DNA from: Aplysia californica
Taxonomy: Eukaryota
Assembly (NCBI RefSeq): GCF_000002075.1
Contig: NW_004797449.1
Coordinates: 408,025 to 472,024, forward strand
DNA: 64,000 nt
Reading direction: 5' to 3'
In this document: one piece after another, positions 36,276 through 50,163 of the stretch
Layout of the letters: each line of letters begins with the position of its first letter
How positions within the stretch are numbered: the stretch's first letter is position 1
Notes under the pieces: generated by a model
The model's database searches: none
Seen by the model: only the letters and a program-made list of their open reading frames with translations
Told to the model about the DNA's origin: nothing
Translations under genes and position numbers: made by a program

Positions 36276-37280
36276 TCACTGTCCGTTGAGCTTGGACTCG
36301 ATGCTGCGGAGCGTCTTGGAAGCCTTGGGCTTGTACTTGATGGTGTCCTCCCCCGCCTCTTGGGCGAAGTACTTCATCTTTTCGCGGAAGGACATGCGGT
36401 CCGTGCCCGGGCTGGCCCGCGAAGTCGACTGAGAGGCCATCCTTGCTTCTATCCGCGACCGCGGGTCCCGGTACACTTCCTGCGCTCCGATCACGTTGGG
36501 CGTGGAGCTGTTGGTGCTGTTGTAAACAGCTGTGTTGCTGTTCCCCTCCATCCCCACGCCGCTGCCAGTGCTGTTAACAAGGGGTGGGGGCGGGGAGGGC
36601 AAGTTAGAAGAGTCAAAGACTTCGCTGTTTTCCATATTGTGGAAGTTTGGCGGCGGGATGCCCTGATCGGAGGACTGCGACCCTGTGGGCGACTTGTAGG
36701 AAGAGACCGAGTGGCTAGGGGTTCGCTCCTTGTACGTGTTCATCTGAGTATTGAAGGAGACCGACTTCTTCGCAGGGGCTGGGGGCTCTTGCCAGTTTTT
36801 CATGGCCGACGGGAGTGACGCTGATGAACTGGCAGTCGACATGCTGCCGCCACCCGCCGAAAGAGGAGGTGGGGGAGGGAACTCCTGACTGTTGCTGTTG
36901 CGGAACGAAGCTCGCTGCTGGTGCTGGCTGAAGGTGTCGTAGGACGACTTCCTCTCCGGTGGGGGCGGGGCCAGCCCAGAGACGTCCTGGGGCTGCGGAA
37001 CACTGCTGGCGGGGAGACCCGACACGTTGGCGTACTGGCTGTACCCTCCTCCTCCTCCTGTCGGGGACTGAACTTGACCCTGTTGACCCTCTGTCCCTGC
37101 CGAGTCTAGTCGTCGCCTCATGTCGGCCACACGGACCGGCCGCTGTTGATCCAATCGCTGCTGTTTCTCCAGGGCCAGCTGCTGCTGCATGTACTGGTCG
37201 TCCTCGCGGCGGATCTTCTCCCGCATTCGCTTCTCGTCTGCCTCCCGCTGCTCCTGCAGGTCCTGGCGACGCTCTCTCTC
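36276..37280 (-). CDS. AFDN: Afadin terminal exon (Pro-rich + F-actin-binding region)
   Basis: tttcag|GAG; APPPPERKSSY, KKSVSF, TPNVIGAQEVYRDPR, MSFREKMKYF; TGA at 36278-36276. Confidence 0.92.
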   Translation of the reverse strand, partial: ERERRQDLQEQREADEKRMREKIRREDDQYMQQQLALEKQQRLDQQRPVRVADMRRRLDSAGTEGQQGQVQSPTGGGGGYSQYANVSGLPASSVPQPQDVSGLAPPPPERKSSYDTFSQHQQRASFRNSNSQEFPPPPPLSAGGGSMSTASSSASLPSAMKNWQEPPAPAKKSVSFNTQMNTYKERTPSHSVSSYKSPTGSQSSDQGIPPPNFHNMENSEVFDSSNLPSPPPPLVNSTGSGVGMEGNSNTAVYNSTNSSTPNVIGAQEVYRDPRSRIEARMASQSTSRASPGTDRMSFREKMKYFAQEAGEDTIKYKPKASKTLRSIESKLNGQ

Positions 37281-40200
37281 CTGAAAACACAACAACAGAG
37301 CCAGCGTCAGTACAGAGAAGAAATTCACAACAATGTTAGCCATAACTTTGGCGTAAGGGAAAACTAAGTCAGAAACAACAGCAAAATAAAAAAAACCATG
37401 GTCAGTAAACCAGGAACTCTCTTTTTTATTTCCGTTGCGAGCTTTACAGCTTTTACTACACAAATAGGCCATATAAGTGCCGAAAATTAGAGGTGTTACT
37501 ACTGAATTTAAAAATCACACCACCCACATTTAGTTTGAGTGAAAGTTTTACAGCACTTGCTGCACAAATAAGTCGTATTAGTGCTGAAGATTATGAGGTG
37601 TCACTTGAGAGTAACAAAGTAATGGAGGAGGAGAGATAAGGATGATAGATAAGAGGTGTTACAGAAAGGAAGAAGCAAGGAGCAAACCAAACCAAACTGC
37701 CTGCCAACAACGCTCTGCCTTTGAAAACAGCATGAAGGGCTCAGGAGACAGATACAAACAACACAGAAATAGATGAGTTTCCTTGAAAACTGTAAAGTTA
37801 CATTTTTGTGCCTTTGATCAATGATTTTCAGTAACATCCAAACAAAAACATGTTTTCAAATGGACATAAAAGATGTTGAGCCCTCAAAAAAGTAATAAAA
37901 TTTGATAAACATTGTCCACCGGGAGGGAAATGTCGGTTTCTTCAATTACAGTATATTGACTAGCGCCTAATTTCACCACGATGACATACAATTCCTGAGT
38001 CATGTTATCAGATCTGTCACTCTATGAAATCTAAACTTCCGGATCTCAGAGGAAAAAAATCGGGATCAACAACAAATCACCAAGGCGACTTCCAAGTTGA
38101 CTAAAAATGTTCCTGGGGTGTCCATAAATATTTCATTGTATAGGCCCTATGCGAACGCACAATTGAAACGGTCTTACTGTTGGGTCTTGATGACTGGCCC
38201 GACTAAACAGAACTCAGACAAAGCTTGTTTTGAAAGAAACAGTAGAACTACAAATAATCATTTGTATGTCGCAACTGAAACAGATATCAGTCCATCATCG
38301 GAGAATTCTGAGTGGAAACAAAAACTATATTAATCTTGAGAATGTCCCAAGTTGGAATGCCAAAATAATACTGCTTCCATTATAGTTGAAAAAACATGTA
38401 CAAGCAAAGTTCCAACACAACTTGGGGTGAATAAAATACTAAATCCAGCATCGATATTTCAGAAAATAGTGCTCCAATTTCCTGCCGACAAAAAGTTTAA
38501 AGGGTGCTTTCTGCGACACAGAAGAAGGGAGTGAAGTTTTTAGAAGAATCCGGAGCAACAGACGGAACAAAAATTTCAGGATACACAAGATTGAAATCCA
38601 GAAAATCAGGATGCTTAAGATTTGGGGCGAAAAATCGAGATATCCCGAATAAATCACTCAACACAACATGCGAGAAAAAAAAAACACTCACAAACTGCCT
38701 GCGCTTGTTTAATTCTTCCTCCCTCCTCTGATTCAGCTTCTCCTCCTCCTTCATCAGCTGACGTTTCTGCTCCTCGTAGTTCTGCCGCTGCTTCTCACGA
38801 GATTCCTGCATGGCACAGCAGACAAAAAAAAATTGTCACAGAAGAACAATATTGACTTTTGTTGGACAGTTGTAAAAAAGTACACAGCCCAAATGAAATT
38901 GATTTTTTTATACAGCACTTTCATAATGTGGTATAAATTTTTACGAGCATGACGTGAAAATGCAAATTTCTTGTGAGTGTGCGTGTGCATGTGCATTGTC
39001 ATGCATATGAAAAATTTTCCTACCCTCTGCTGGCGTAGTTGCTCCTGATGTTCCTTGGTTCTCCGGTCCTGCTTGCGTTGCATCCTCTGCTTCTGCTCCT
39101 CCCTGTCTTTCTCATACATTTCCAGCCGTCGCTCAAGCCTGCGTGGTTGTGAAGGGTTTGGTTTTAGCAAGCGTTTTGCGGCAAATAGGTCATACACGTT
39201 CCTAAGTTTAAAGGTGTTACTAGAGAGTAACATACACACGAAAAAAAAAAATTAAATAAATAAAGGAGCAGAGATAGCTTTAGATTTAGTAAGAGTTTTA
39301 CAGCAACTGCAACACAAACAAGTCGTATAAAGTACTGAAGATTAGTGGTGTTACTGGAGAGTAACATACAAAGGAAAGAAGGAGGAAAGATAAGGACGAC
39401 AGATGTTTGAAAGGACAGAAAGAGCAAATCATACAAGAGCACCCATCAACCATCCACAGTGAGGAGCAGACACATTGAGATCAAGGAGAGGACAGAGTGT
39501 AAGTAACGCCACATAAATATGGACACAAATTTCCCACAACAGATTCGAAGAAAAGTAACACAAAACAGAAGTAATTTTAGTCTTCATATGAGTCCATTTT
39601 TTGGTCCTGTATCCTGATCTAGTGCTGGATATCTATAATCTTCATTGAAAACGTGAGCCATGATGGCAGCAATTGTTATGCTTCAAGAAGAAACAAAACA
39701 GGAAAAAGAAAAATTGTTTGATATCTGCTAATGATGCTGATGCTGATGATGATGATTGCAGGTCACTACTTACAGCTGCAGCCTATCTTGTTCTCTGTCT
39801 ACGTCTGCTCGTTGCTGTGACAACTCAAAATCTCGGATGCGGTTACGGGACTTTTCCAAGTCTTCCCTGAGACTCTGTATTAACCTCTCCCGTGTCTGAG
39901 GGAAAGAAAAAAATGATGTGTCATGACATGCTGGAATCGGTCATTCATCAATTTTGGGGCATACGGAAGTTATTGGGATCACCTTAAAGCTAACTTGTTC
40001 GTCTACCTTTTGTTGAAAAAAAAATACTCATCTACCTTGAATAAAGGTCGAGATGTTTGCCATTGAAGTGGGTGGAAATTGCCTGGTGTCAGATGCAAAA
40101 TTAGGGAGAAAATAGCCACAAAATTTTGGTGACTTCCAAAGCTTGAGTGTCCATGGAAACTGCAATGATACATCTTTTGGGCATAGCAAACGTTTTAAAG

Positions 40201-43200
40201 TAAAATCAACACAGAAAAGTATTCTTAAAAGGACGCAAAAGGTGCGAGTCGAGAAGAAAAAATTGGGATAGAAATTGCCAAAAAGACGGAAAAATGTAGG
40301 CTTCTTTGATTTCATAATTTTGATGCCCCCNNNNNNNNNNNNNNNNNNNNNNNNNNNNNNNNNNNNNNNNNNNNNNNNNNNNNNNNNNNNNNNNNNNNNN
40401 NNNNNNNNNNNNNNNNNNNNNNNNNNNNNNNNNNNNNNNNNNNNNNNNNNNNNNNNNNNNNNNNNNNNNNNNNNNNNNNNNNNNNNNNNNNNNNNNNNNN
40501 NNNNNNNNNNNNNNNNNNNNNNNNNNNNNNNNNNNNNNNNNNNNNNNNNNNNNNNNNNNNNNNNNNNNNNNNNNNNNNNNNNNNNNNNNNNNNNNNNNNN
40601 NNNNNNNNNNNNNNNNNNNNNNNNNNNNNNNNNNNNNNNNNNNNNNNNNNNNNNNNNNNNNNNNNNNNNNNNNNNNNNNNNNNNNNNNNNNNNNNNCCCC
40701 CCCCCCTAAATCCCACTACTCACAAAAATTCTCTCCGTCAGATCATCATCATCATCATACTCGTAGTCTCCTTTCTCAGCAATCTCTCGCACACGTCTCT
40801 GAAACTCTTGCTGCGTTTTCAACTTGCGTAGCCGCTCTTGGTCCTGATCAGGAGAAAACAAAGGAGGGTGTCAAAGTCATTTCTCATCAGAAAGGTCAAC
40901 ACAAACTAAAACATCAGTCAGTCATCAGTAACATCAACCAATAAAAAATTCTGTAAATACCACTATCCTAAAACAAAATATTAGAAACAAGCAAATTTGG
41001 TACAGGGAAAAAAAATTCCAGAGTTTTCAGCAGAACATTGGTATACGGAAACGATCTAAACTACACTTTTCTTTCTATGATACTCTCTAGTAACTTCTCT
41101 AATCTTCAGCACTTTTATGACCTAATTTTGTTGCACGTGCCGTAAAACTCTTCCTAATAAACTGAAAGATCAGCCCATAGTTCGGGTACCTGAGGGTTTA
41201 AGTACGGACGGGCCTCCAGCTCTGAGATCTCTTGCTCTCTGGCCCTAAACAGTTCTTCTTGCTCTTCCTCCTCAGCCTTTTCACGAGCGTCCCGATCCCA
41301 CGCCGAACGTGACGAGCCCTCGCTGCGCTCCCGAGGCTTGGGTTTCAAGGCTGGAACAGCTGGCTTCACCTGATGGACATATACAGTTTGACAATGACAA
41401 TCTTTATTCATTTCACAGGGCAAATTTTGTCTTGTCATTTACAATGGGAGTGGATTTTTATAAAGGTTAGGTGCACTCATGCATTCACACAGTAAAAAAG
41501 GACATAAATACATGTATCACATGCGGAAACACCTCTACTCTGTATGCACACATTCATATTTTCTCTCTCTCTCTCTCTTCCTCTCTATCTCTCTCTCTCT
41601 CCATCTCTCTCTCTGTCATTTGTAGCACCATGAGTTCAATGACTTCACTGCAGGCTTCCAACCCTCCCTGTCAGGGCCAATCTGGGCTGAGAGGGATACA
41701 ACTCCCAGAAAAAAAAGACGAGATATTCAATAAAAAAATTTCCCCAACACGGGGAACAAATCAGGGTCTCCTGCTTGTGACAACAAAGAACCCAACCACT
41801 ACACCACAGATGTCTGTGTGAGGAAATGAGAGTGCCTGCATGTACCTGGAAGCCTTGTGACTTGAGAGCGGGGTTGTCGTAGGACTCGTACTCCGACGGG
41901 GGTTGGGGCACCGGAGGGGCCTGGCCGTCGGGGCCCGACGTGGAGTGGACCTCGTTGGCGAAGCCGATGTTCTGGTAGTTGGGATGCTGTAGCTCGGGGT
42001 CTCCATGGTTCGGGTCCGGGGCCACCTGGTAGCCCAGCGGGGAGTCTCTCGTGTCCACTCCAGGGGGGAGAACTCGGGTCAGTGAGTGCTGCTGCTGATG
42101 TTGCTGCTGCTGCTGCTGTTGCGGCTGCTGCTGTTGCGGCTGCTGCTGTTGCTGATAGCGACTGTGCTGTTGCTGTTGGGGCTGATGATACTGTGGCTGC
42201 TGATGTGATGGTTGTGTTGGTTGGAACGTGTTTGGACTGTACCTTGGATTTCCCCTGGGGAAAGACAAAGAAAAAAATATAATTCTTTGTGTAAGGGAAA
42301 AAAACAACAAGCATACATACACTCAAGTCAGAGAAAAACAGGTACCAATTCACGTTAATATATGCTTCCCCAGATGTGTCCTTTACATATATTATATAAC
42401 TATTACACCATTTCATACTGATGTATACCTTATTTGTGTTTTACTTATGTTATATAAATTTTATTCAAACTCATACTAATTTATGCCTCTCCAGATGTGT
42501 GCTTTGCTTTCGGTGTATAACCTTTACACCCCTTCATACAAATCTTCTATGCCTCAACAGATGCACTCTAAGTTTATTACTTTATAACACAACTTTTGTA
42601 ACTATGATACAGATCCTTCCAATAACAATTTCCTCATCAGTTCAAGATTTTCTTCCTCCCGTCCTGCATTCATCTCTCACAATTCCCCTAAAAGTTCTTC
42701 TATTCCATCTCCATCTATCTATGATTCATCACCAATTTCTCCAAATCAGAAACATGTTTTATCTTTCCATCTAGTATCTCAGGAAATCCCCCCCCCCCCC
42801 CCCCCCTCATATTTATTCTACTCTGAGGTATGTTGACAAAATGAGTTAATTCTAAGACTTTAGCCATATGGACATAGATACATCAAATTATAGGTGGAGT
42901 TTGTACATTCCATACGATAAAAAAAATGTTTAACTTGAAGAAAATGGCATCAACTGAACATCTACAAATCTTAACTTATGCTGATTTTCAGCTTACATCT
43001 CCATTCGTGGATTGCGCGAATAAACCCATTTTCTCCTCATATCTCACATTTACTCTGATTGGTCAGAGCAGTTAAAGTAAAGCATCATCCTGAAATGCCT
43101 CATGAGGATGTGGGCTTGCTAACTTCTTCAAAGCCCAGTCAGGGACACCCAACATTAGATTATTTCTTTTTTTATTATTATAGCAGAGGGTTTTACGGCG

Positions 43201-46200
43201 CTCGCAACTGCATAAGGTCATAATGAGCGCCAAGGGGTGGGTGTCAACAGAGAAGTCTTTACAGGGAATCAGACTTACTCTGCTCACCTCTCTAGCTTCA
43301 ACAGCACAAGGTCTGCATCAACTATCAAGGCACCCCGGAAATAGCAGGTCACAAGAGTGACAAACATACAAAAGAAGTAGAGGAAAATGACAATGAGCGT
43401 GACATGAATGAGCCCATTTACAATTCTACTGTGCTTGAACGAGAAATGTCCCCCTTTGGGGAATGGCCTAAAGACACTACAGTCAGTGGCACTGCCCTGG
43501 GGGAAAACATTAGATTAGACAACAAACAAAAACTACATCAAGCGTGACAGGTTTAGGTGTAGTGTACTTGATAAGGCAAAGCTTTCAAATTCACAATTTC
43601 CAAATCTGGGGCAGTCCCAGACAATTCATGACAACTCGCTCCCTCAGAATTACATAGTTCAATCAGACATTTTATGCCGTTTCGAGTTATTAGGACAATT
43701 AGGTCAGTAACCAAATGTTCTATGTGTTCTTTCAAAATTATCAGATTATTTGAAGTCATAATCAAGATATTAAAAGAACTGCATTTGAAAAAGTTTGACA
43801 TGATGTGAAACTCAAAATTTTGTACTTCAAATTTCTCAAATCAAGGTATTGCGCAAACAGAATTTTGTACTTCTGAGGCTGGCAAGTCTAAGGCTGTCAT
43901 CTGCGACGGCGTGAGGCCTACCTGCTGTCAGTGGCCAGGTACTGGTTGGTGGCATTGATGTGCTCCATCAACTTCTGCTGTTCCTCCGCCAGCTTCTTCT
44001 CCACCAGGTCCTCCTGGGAGGGTGGGGGAGGGAGAGGAGGGAGCTCCTCCTGGTAGTCCTCACCGTGGCCAGGGCTGGGCAGCTCCGTATGGCTCGGGGG
44101 AGGCGGCAGGTCCTGGGGGTAGCCTCCGTACGATTGCTGGTTCGGATCTTGACGGAAGCTGACGTTCTGTTGTGGGGCGTTTCTTCCCTGGCGAGGGTCA
44201 GGGTAGTGTGGAGATGGTACGTTGCTATTATTAGCACCGCCGCTGCGCATGTCAGGCTGCTGCTGCTGGTAGCCTCCTCCTCCCCGCTGAGGCTGCTGTT
44301 GAACATTGCGTGGGTCGGTCATAGTCCGTGGGTCTACGACGTTCCGTGGGTCGGGAACATTTCGCAAGTCTGTGATGTTGCGAGGGTCGGGCATGTTTCG
44401 GAGGTCATTGCGCGGGTCTGGTATGCTTCGGAGGTCTGGCATAGACCTTGGGTCGTGAACTGGGCCGTTCCTAGGATCCGACATGTTGTTCCGCACATCT
44501 GGCCCATTTCTTGGATCCGACATCATCCTGGGGTCTTGACCGTTCCTGGGGTCTGACATCATTCTTGGGTCCTGACCATTTCTTGGGTCGGACATCAACC
44601 TAGGGTCTTGACCATTCCTGGGGTCCATCCCCTGCCTCGGGTCGTGCTGACCCCGGCTGTCTGGCTGACCCCTCCCTGCTTGCTGTGGGTGGCCCGGCTG
44701 CTGTACCATGTGAGGACTGCCCTGTTGTCCCGCCGGGGACGGGGGTTGGCGGTCGCCGAAGAAGTGGGGCTGCGTCTGCCGGTTGTCCACTCGCATCAGC
44801 GGAACCTCCACAGGGGGTACTCGGGCTTGGTTCCGCTTGGGAGCGATGGCCGGTTTAGGGGCCACTTTGGGCCGCAGTTCGCTGTCACTGGGTGGCCGGT
44901 GCAGCTGATGGAATGCTGGGGAAGGTTCTTGCTGTAAGGGCGCTGTGTTCTCGTAAAAGTTAGGCTGCCGGTTGTTGGCCGTGTTGTTCACCTTCTGTGG
45001 GGGCCCACCACTGCCACCACCACCGCCCGTGGGCTGGCTGAACAGTCGTTGGTGGGCTGTGGGTTTGGGCGGTGGGTTGTGCTGTGGCTGAGGGGGCAGG
45101 TCTCTGGCCTGGGGTCCCACGTTGCTGTAAGGCGGGCTGTTTCCACCCCCTCCTCCCTCATACTTGTCCTGCCACTCTCGCAGTTTGCCCGCCGACACGT
45201 CCTCAGACCGCGGACGGGACGAGGGGGAAGGACCGTCCTGCATCATGCTGTTCACGTCCCGCGTGTGTTGGGGGTCGAAGTAGGCCGACTGGGGCCGCGC
45301 GTCCTTGGCGCTGTTTGAAGATGCCCTCGACGAAACCGACGATCTGTCTGAAGCTCGCTGCTGCGGGGCCTGTTGGGGGGGATAACCCTGTGGACCACCA
45401 CCGCCAGGCGGGTACTGGCTACTACTTCCTCTACCTGGGCCCGGAATGTTCTGTCGGGGATCGGCAAAATTATACCCCTGTTGCTGCTGCTGTTGTCTAG
45501 GGGGTCCTCCGTCGTACGACGAGCGCTCCCCTGACCCTTGGGAGGGCGGGTAGTGGGGCTGGTTCTCGTAATCGTTGGGTCGCAGGTCCTGTCTGCGGCC
45601 CCCCGGGGAGTACTGGCCGTAGCCGGGGGAGGATGGGTGTAGCATGCCCACAGACTGCGCGGGACGCAAGTGGGAGGGCTCACCCGCCGGCCCACTGCGC
45701 GGGTCAAAGTTTGTGTCCACGTGCAGGTTGGAGGTGGACTTGGAGCGTGGGTCCCCGATGTCTCGACGCTGGTAGGGGTCAGACGGATGACCTCCGTGGT
45801 CAGGACCTCTCCGTCTGTTGTCCTGGTCTGAGAAAGAAACAAAAAACGAACAAAGGATCAACACAAGCACTAAGTGTAGGAATATGATATGGATTGAATA
45901 CTTTGCTTTCCACATATAAAAAATTCTGAAAGCAATACTTCACACAAAATATACAAATGAAGAGACAAACTACTTTCAAATTTGGTTAAATAACATTTCT
46001 GTTTTAATAAGAGTTTTATGGCACTTGCAACACAAAATGATCATACAAGAGCCGAAGATCAGAGTTAGAAATCAGCAGTTCCCCATATGCAGTTCAGGCA
46101 CAGTTATAAGCATGACATTGATGAATTAGCCCATTTACAATTCTACTGAGCCTAAGAACATGTTAATGTCCCCCCTTTGGGAATGGCCTTAAGACACTTC

Positions 46201-47987
46201 AGTCAATAGCACCCAAGAGAGTAACAAACACAAAAAAGGAGGAGAGATCAGGACGATAGATTTTGATCGGAAAAAAGAAGAAAACCACAACACAGCACAC
46301 GCCAACACAAATTTCTAAGTCTATGTGTATATCTTGAGTCAAGAAGAGCTGCCTTATCATCATCCTGACATAGGCATTGGTACCTATTCACAGGGGTAAA
46401 AAATGGAATGACAGAACAAATGCACAAGATGAAAAAAAGAGATTCTACTAACCATATCCATTGACAGGTTTGTTATCCAGTCCATCGTAAGGAGGTGGCG
46501 GCCCGTCATCTTTGGCTGCTTTAATCCCACCGGGCCCACGATTGTGGATGGCTGAGGGAAGAAAAAAATACGTGACAAGATAGATGGAGACAGGGAAAGC
46601 TCCAAGGGGTAAAGAATCGACACAGATCTGGTTAAGTCAGTCACTGCTTGTGCGAGACTGAGTGTCTTTGCGCCATAGACTTGAATTAATATCCTAGACT
46701 GGGCACTGTCATGGCTGCCCATAGACTTAAAATATCCTAGACTGGGCACTGTCATGGCTGCCCAAAGACATATAATATCCTAAACCAGGAACTGTCATGG
46801 CCATCCATAGACATGCGTTATAATTTTCTAGACTGGGCACTGTCATAGTTGCCCATAGACTTAATTACAATATCCTAGACCGAGCACTGTCATAGTTGCC
46901 CATAGACTTAATTACAATATCCTAGACCAGACACTGTCATAGTTGCCCACAGACTTAATCACAATATCCTAGACCAGGCACTCTCATGGCCCCCCCCCAT
47001 AGACTTGCACTGTAATATCCTGGACCAGGCACAGTTATGGCCACCCATACATTTGAATTACAATATCCTACACTGGTCCCTGTATTGGCTGCCAAGCCGA
47101 TACTCACCTCTCTGACTGGTGGGCGAAGGTTGACTCAGAAGGTTGCTCAAGTTACAGTAGAAGGCTCCTTGTTTGGCCACCTTCAGACGCACAACCTGAC
47201 CCGTCTTGGTCATCAGTTCAGCTGCCCTGAGACACGAGGTGGGAAAAGCAATTAATTGATCAATAAATAAACAAACAAATAAACAAATAAATAAAATAAA
47301 TTACACTCTGGGGTCATAATGGCAAACAAAAGTACAGCACACAAATATACATACAAAGAATATCAAATACACAATATTACACCATTGCAAAACACTTTTA
47401 AAATCAATACAGATCAAATCCTGGAATTCACACTTTACACATTTCAGTTTAGTTCAAATACAAGCTTTAGTCACTTGCAACACAAATAGGTCATGTATGT
47501 GCTGAAGATTAGGGGAGTTACTAGAGAGTAATAAACAAAGAAAAGAAGGAGGAGATTAGGGGTGTTACTAGAGAGTAATAAACAAAGAAAAGAAGGAGAA
47601 ATAAGGATGTTTTTAGTGTTAGTAGAGGTATTACAGCGCTCACAACTGCATAGGGCCATATGAGCGCCAGAAGATTAGAGCTGTCACAAGAGAGTAACAA
47701 ACATAAAAAGGAAGAAGGGGAGGGAAGAAAGATGTTTGACAGGAAAGAAGCAGTAAACCACACCAGAGCACCCGCCAACCACCCACAGATAAGGATGATA
47801 GATGTTGGATAGAAAAGAAGGAGCAAACCACAGCAAAGCACCCACCAACCACCCACGAAAACTCACTTGTCTTGTGAGAGTCCAATGAGAGATTTCCCAT
47901 CTACCTCCAACAGCTGATCTCCTGCCTGCAATTGCCCATCCTAAATAAGAGAAAAAGAACAACAAAAGTCAATTACTGTTTTTTTAA

Positions 47988-48020
<33 letters not shown>

Positions 48021-49058
48021 GTTCACTTCTATAGTGCCCACTCCCTGGTGGCTATAGGCATTTAACAATAATTGAAAGTCAAGCATACTGACCCATTCAA
48101 CGTACTACAACCCTTCCAAATACATATACATCTGCAATCTGCCAAAAGAACACATTTCAACTGATCAGCATAAGACTCCGTCATAGTCACTTTTCAAAAT
48201 GGGGTATGGCAGAATCTTATGCTAAGTAGTCGACACACAAAAAGACATTCACTGAGAAGCACAGAGACACAACAGTCATACATGGCTGGGGAACCTGCAA
48301 AGACAAACTGACACTACAAACATCGTACGAGGGAAACCAAGTCTAAGTCAACACGTAAAAGTCCCTCATTTTGTGATGCTACATCACATGAGATCCGAAC
48401 ATCCACTCACCATAGCAGCGGCCCCACCCTCAACCACAGACTTGATGTAGATGCCTTGTTCCGTCTGGCCCTCACCCTGCAAGAAAACAGACAACAGCTG
48501 AAAATACAACAACTAAAACCAAAACGAAAACAACTTACATCTGAAAATACAGCAGATAATGTCCAGTAATACAACAACTAATGTGAGAGAACAGAAAAAT
48601 TTGTTGGTTTGAGTTTGGGTAAAGAGAAGAACATTGACATAAAAATGGTCATATAGTGCATGAAAGAAGCAAGACAGGCAGACAGAAACAACTGAGGGAA
48701 AAAAAGGAAGAAGGGCCTACTAGTCGCACCCTCCAACTACTTGCCAACTTAAAGATAGATAAGAACAACAGATGTTTGATAGGACAGAAGGAGCAAAACC
48801 ACACCAGAGCACCCGCATCCAGCACTCACCGTGGCCTCAATAATGCTGAGTCCCATGCTGCCCTTGACCTTATTAAAGGACAGTGTGATGATCTCTGGCG
48901 TGGCCGGCAGACCGGGGCTCACTGGCCCTCCCTTCATCTGTACAAAACAAAACACACAGAGATGTCAGGGCTTCAAACAATGGGACATTCTGTAAGCTTG
49001 TTTGAGTCAAAAGAAGTACATAAGCGCAACAACATTCATTTAGAGTGGGGAAAGAGTG

Positions 49059-49113
<55 letters not shown>

Positions 49114-49750
49114 GGGGGGAAAAAGAAGTAGAGAGCTTACTTTTTTATGCCCCTATCAAGACAATTTAAATAATTCAGGAATTAGGCTTCAACCCTGCCT
49201 GTCAGGGACAACCCAGATTGAGAGGAGTACAACATCCAAACAGAAAAACTGAGATAATAAAAATTCTCCTCACTCAGGAATCGAACACAGGTCTATCGCT
49301 TGCCATAGACGCCTGTCAGAGCTTACAGAAAGCATTCACACACAAAATTTTGTCAAACAAACTGCTATACACGAGCTGTAAAGTTTTGCAACAAGCAAAC
49401 ACAGAATATCAGCCACATTTCACCAAGAACAAATTATGATAAAGACAAGTTTCAACAAAGCAAAAAGAACAGACCACACAGTCACTTCAGCTTCCAATGT
49501 CAGCTGATGCTTAACATGGAGAACAATAATCTCAAAGAAAATAGTAACGCTTGTGGACAGTACATGAATAAAATATTTCACAGCAGTTAGAACTAAACAC
49601 TTGCATACATCTGTGACCGAGACAGCCTAAGGGAGGAAGAGGGAAAGGGAAACGGAGTAGAAAACTACAGGATAAGGTAATCCCTCCCCCACACACACAC
49701 AGCTGGCAGCTGTACAAATCCAAAATCCACATTAATGTCTTCGTGTGTTC

Positions 49751-49781
<31 letters not shown>

Positions 49782-50112
49782 GTGTTGGATTTAAAGCTAG
49801 TCCAGCCCGCCACAAAAGCTTATCAGACAAATGACAGGTGTAATGGGACCACTGACCACTTAGAGCTGATAACATTGATACAACATTGATAAAGTAGCTG
49901 TGTCAATGGACTCAGGTGTACCTGTGTGTACCTGTGGAGCAGCTCGTGTACAATACTGTGGGGGCCAGTGCTTGCAGTGTACAGTTTCAAGCATGCAACT
50001 TTTATTAAGATAAGTTTTACGGCACTTGCAACACAATTAGGTAGTGTTAGTTCTGAAGATATGAGTTGTCACTAGAGAGTACCATGTAAAAAAAAGAAGG
50101 GCTAGAGATATG

Positions 50113-50163
<51 letters not shown>

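Noticed and set aside
43960-45887. Several 85-198 aa ORFs antisense to or overlapping the big afadin exon (also 36360-37367 and 3239-3760)
   Set aside because: Shadow ORFs of GC-rich coding sequence with no independent motifs.
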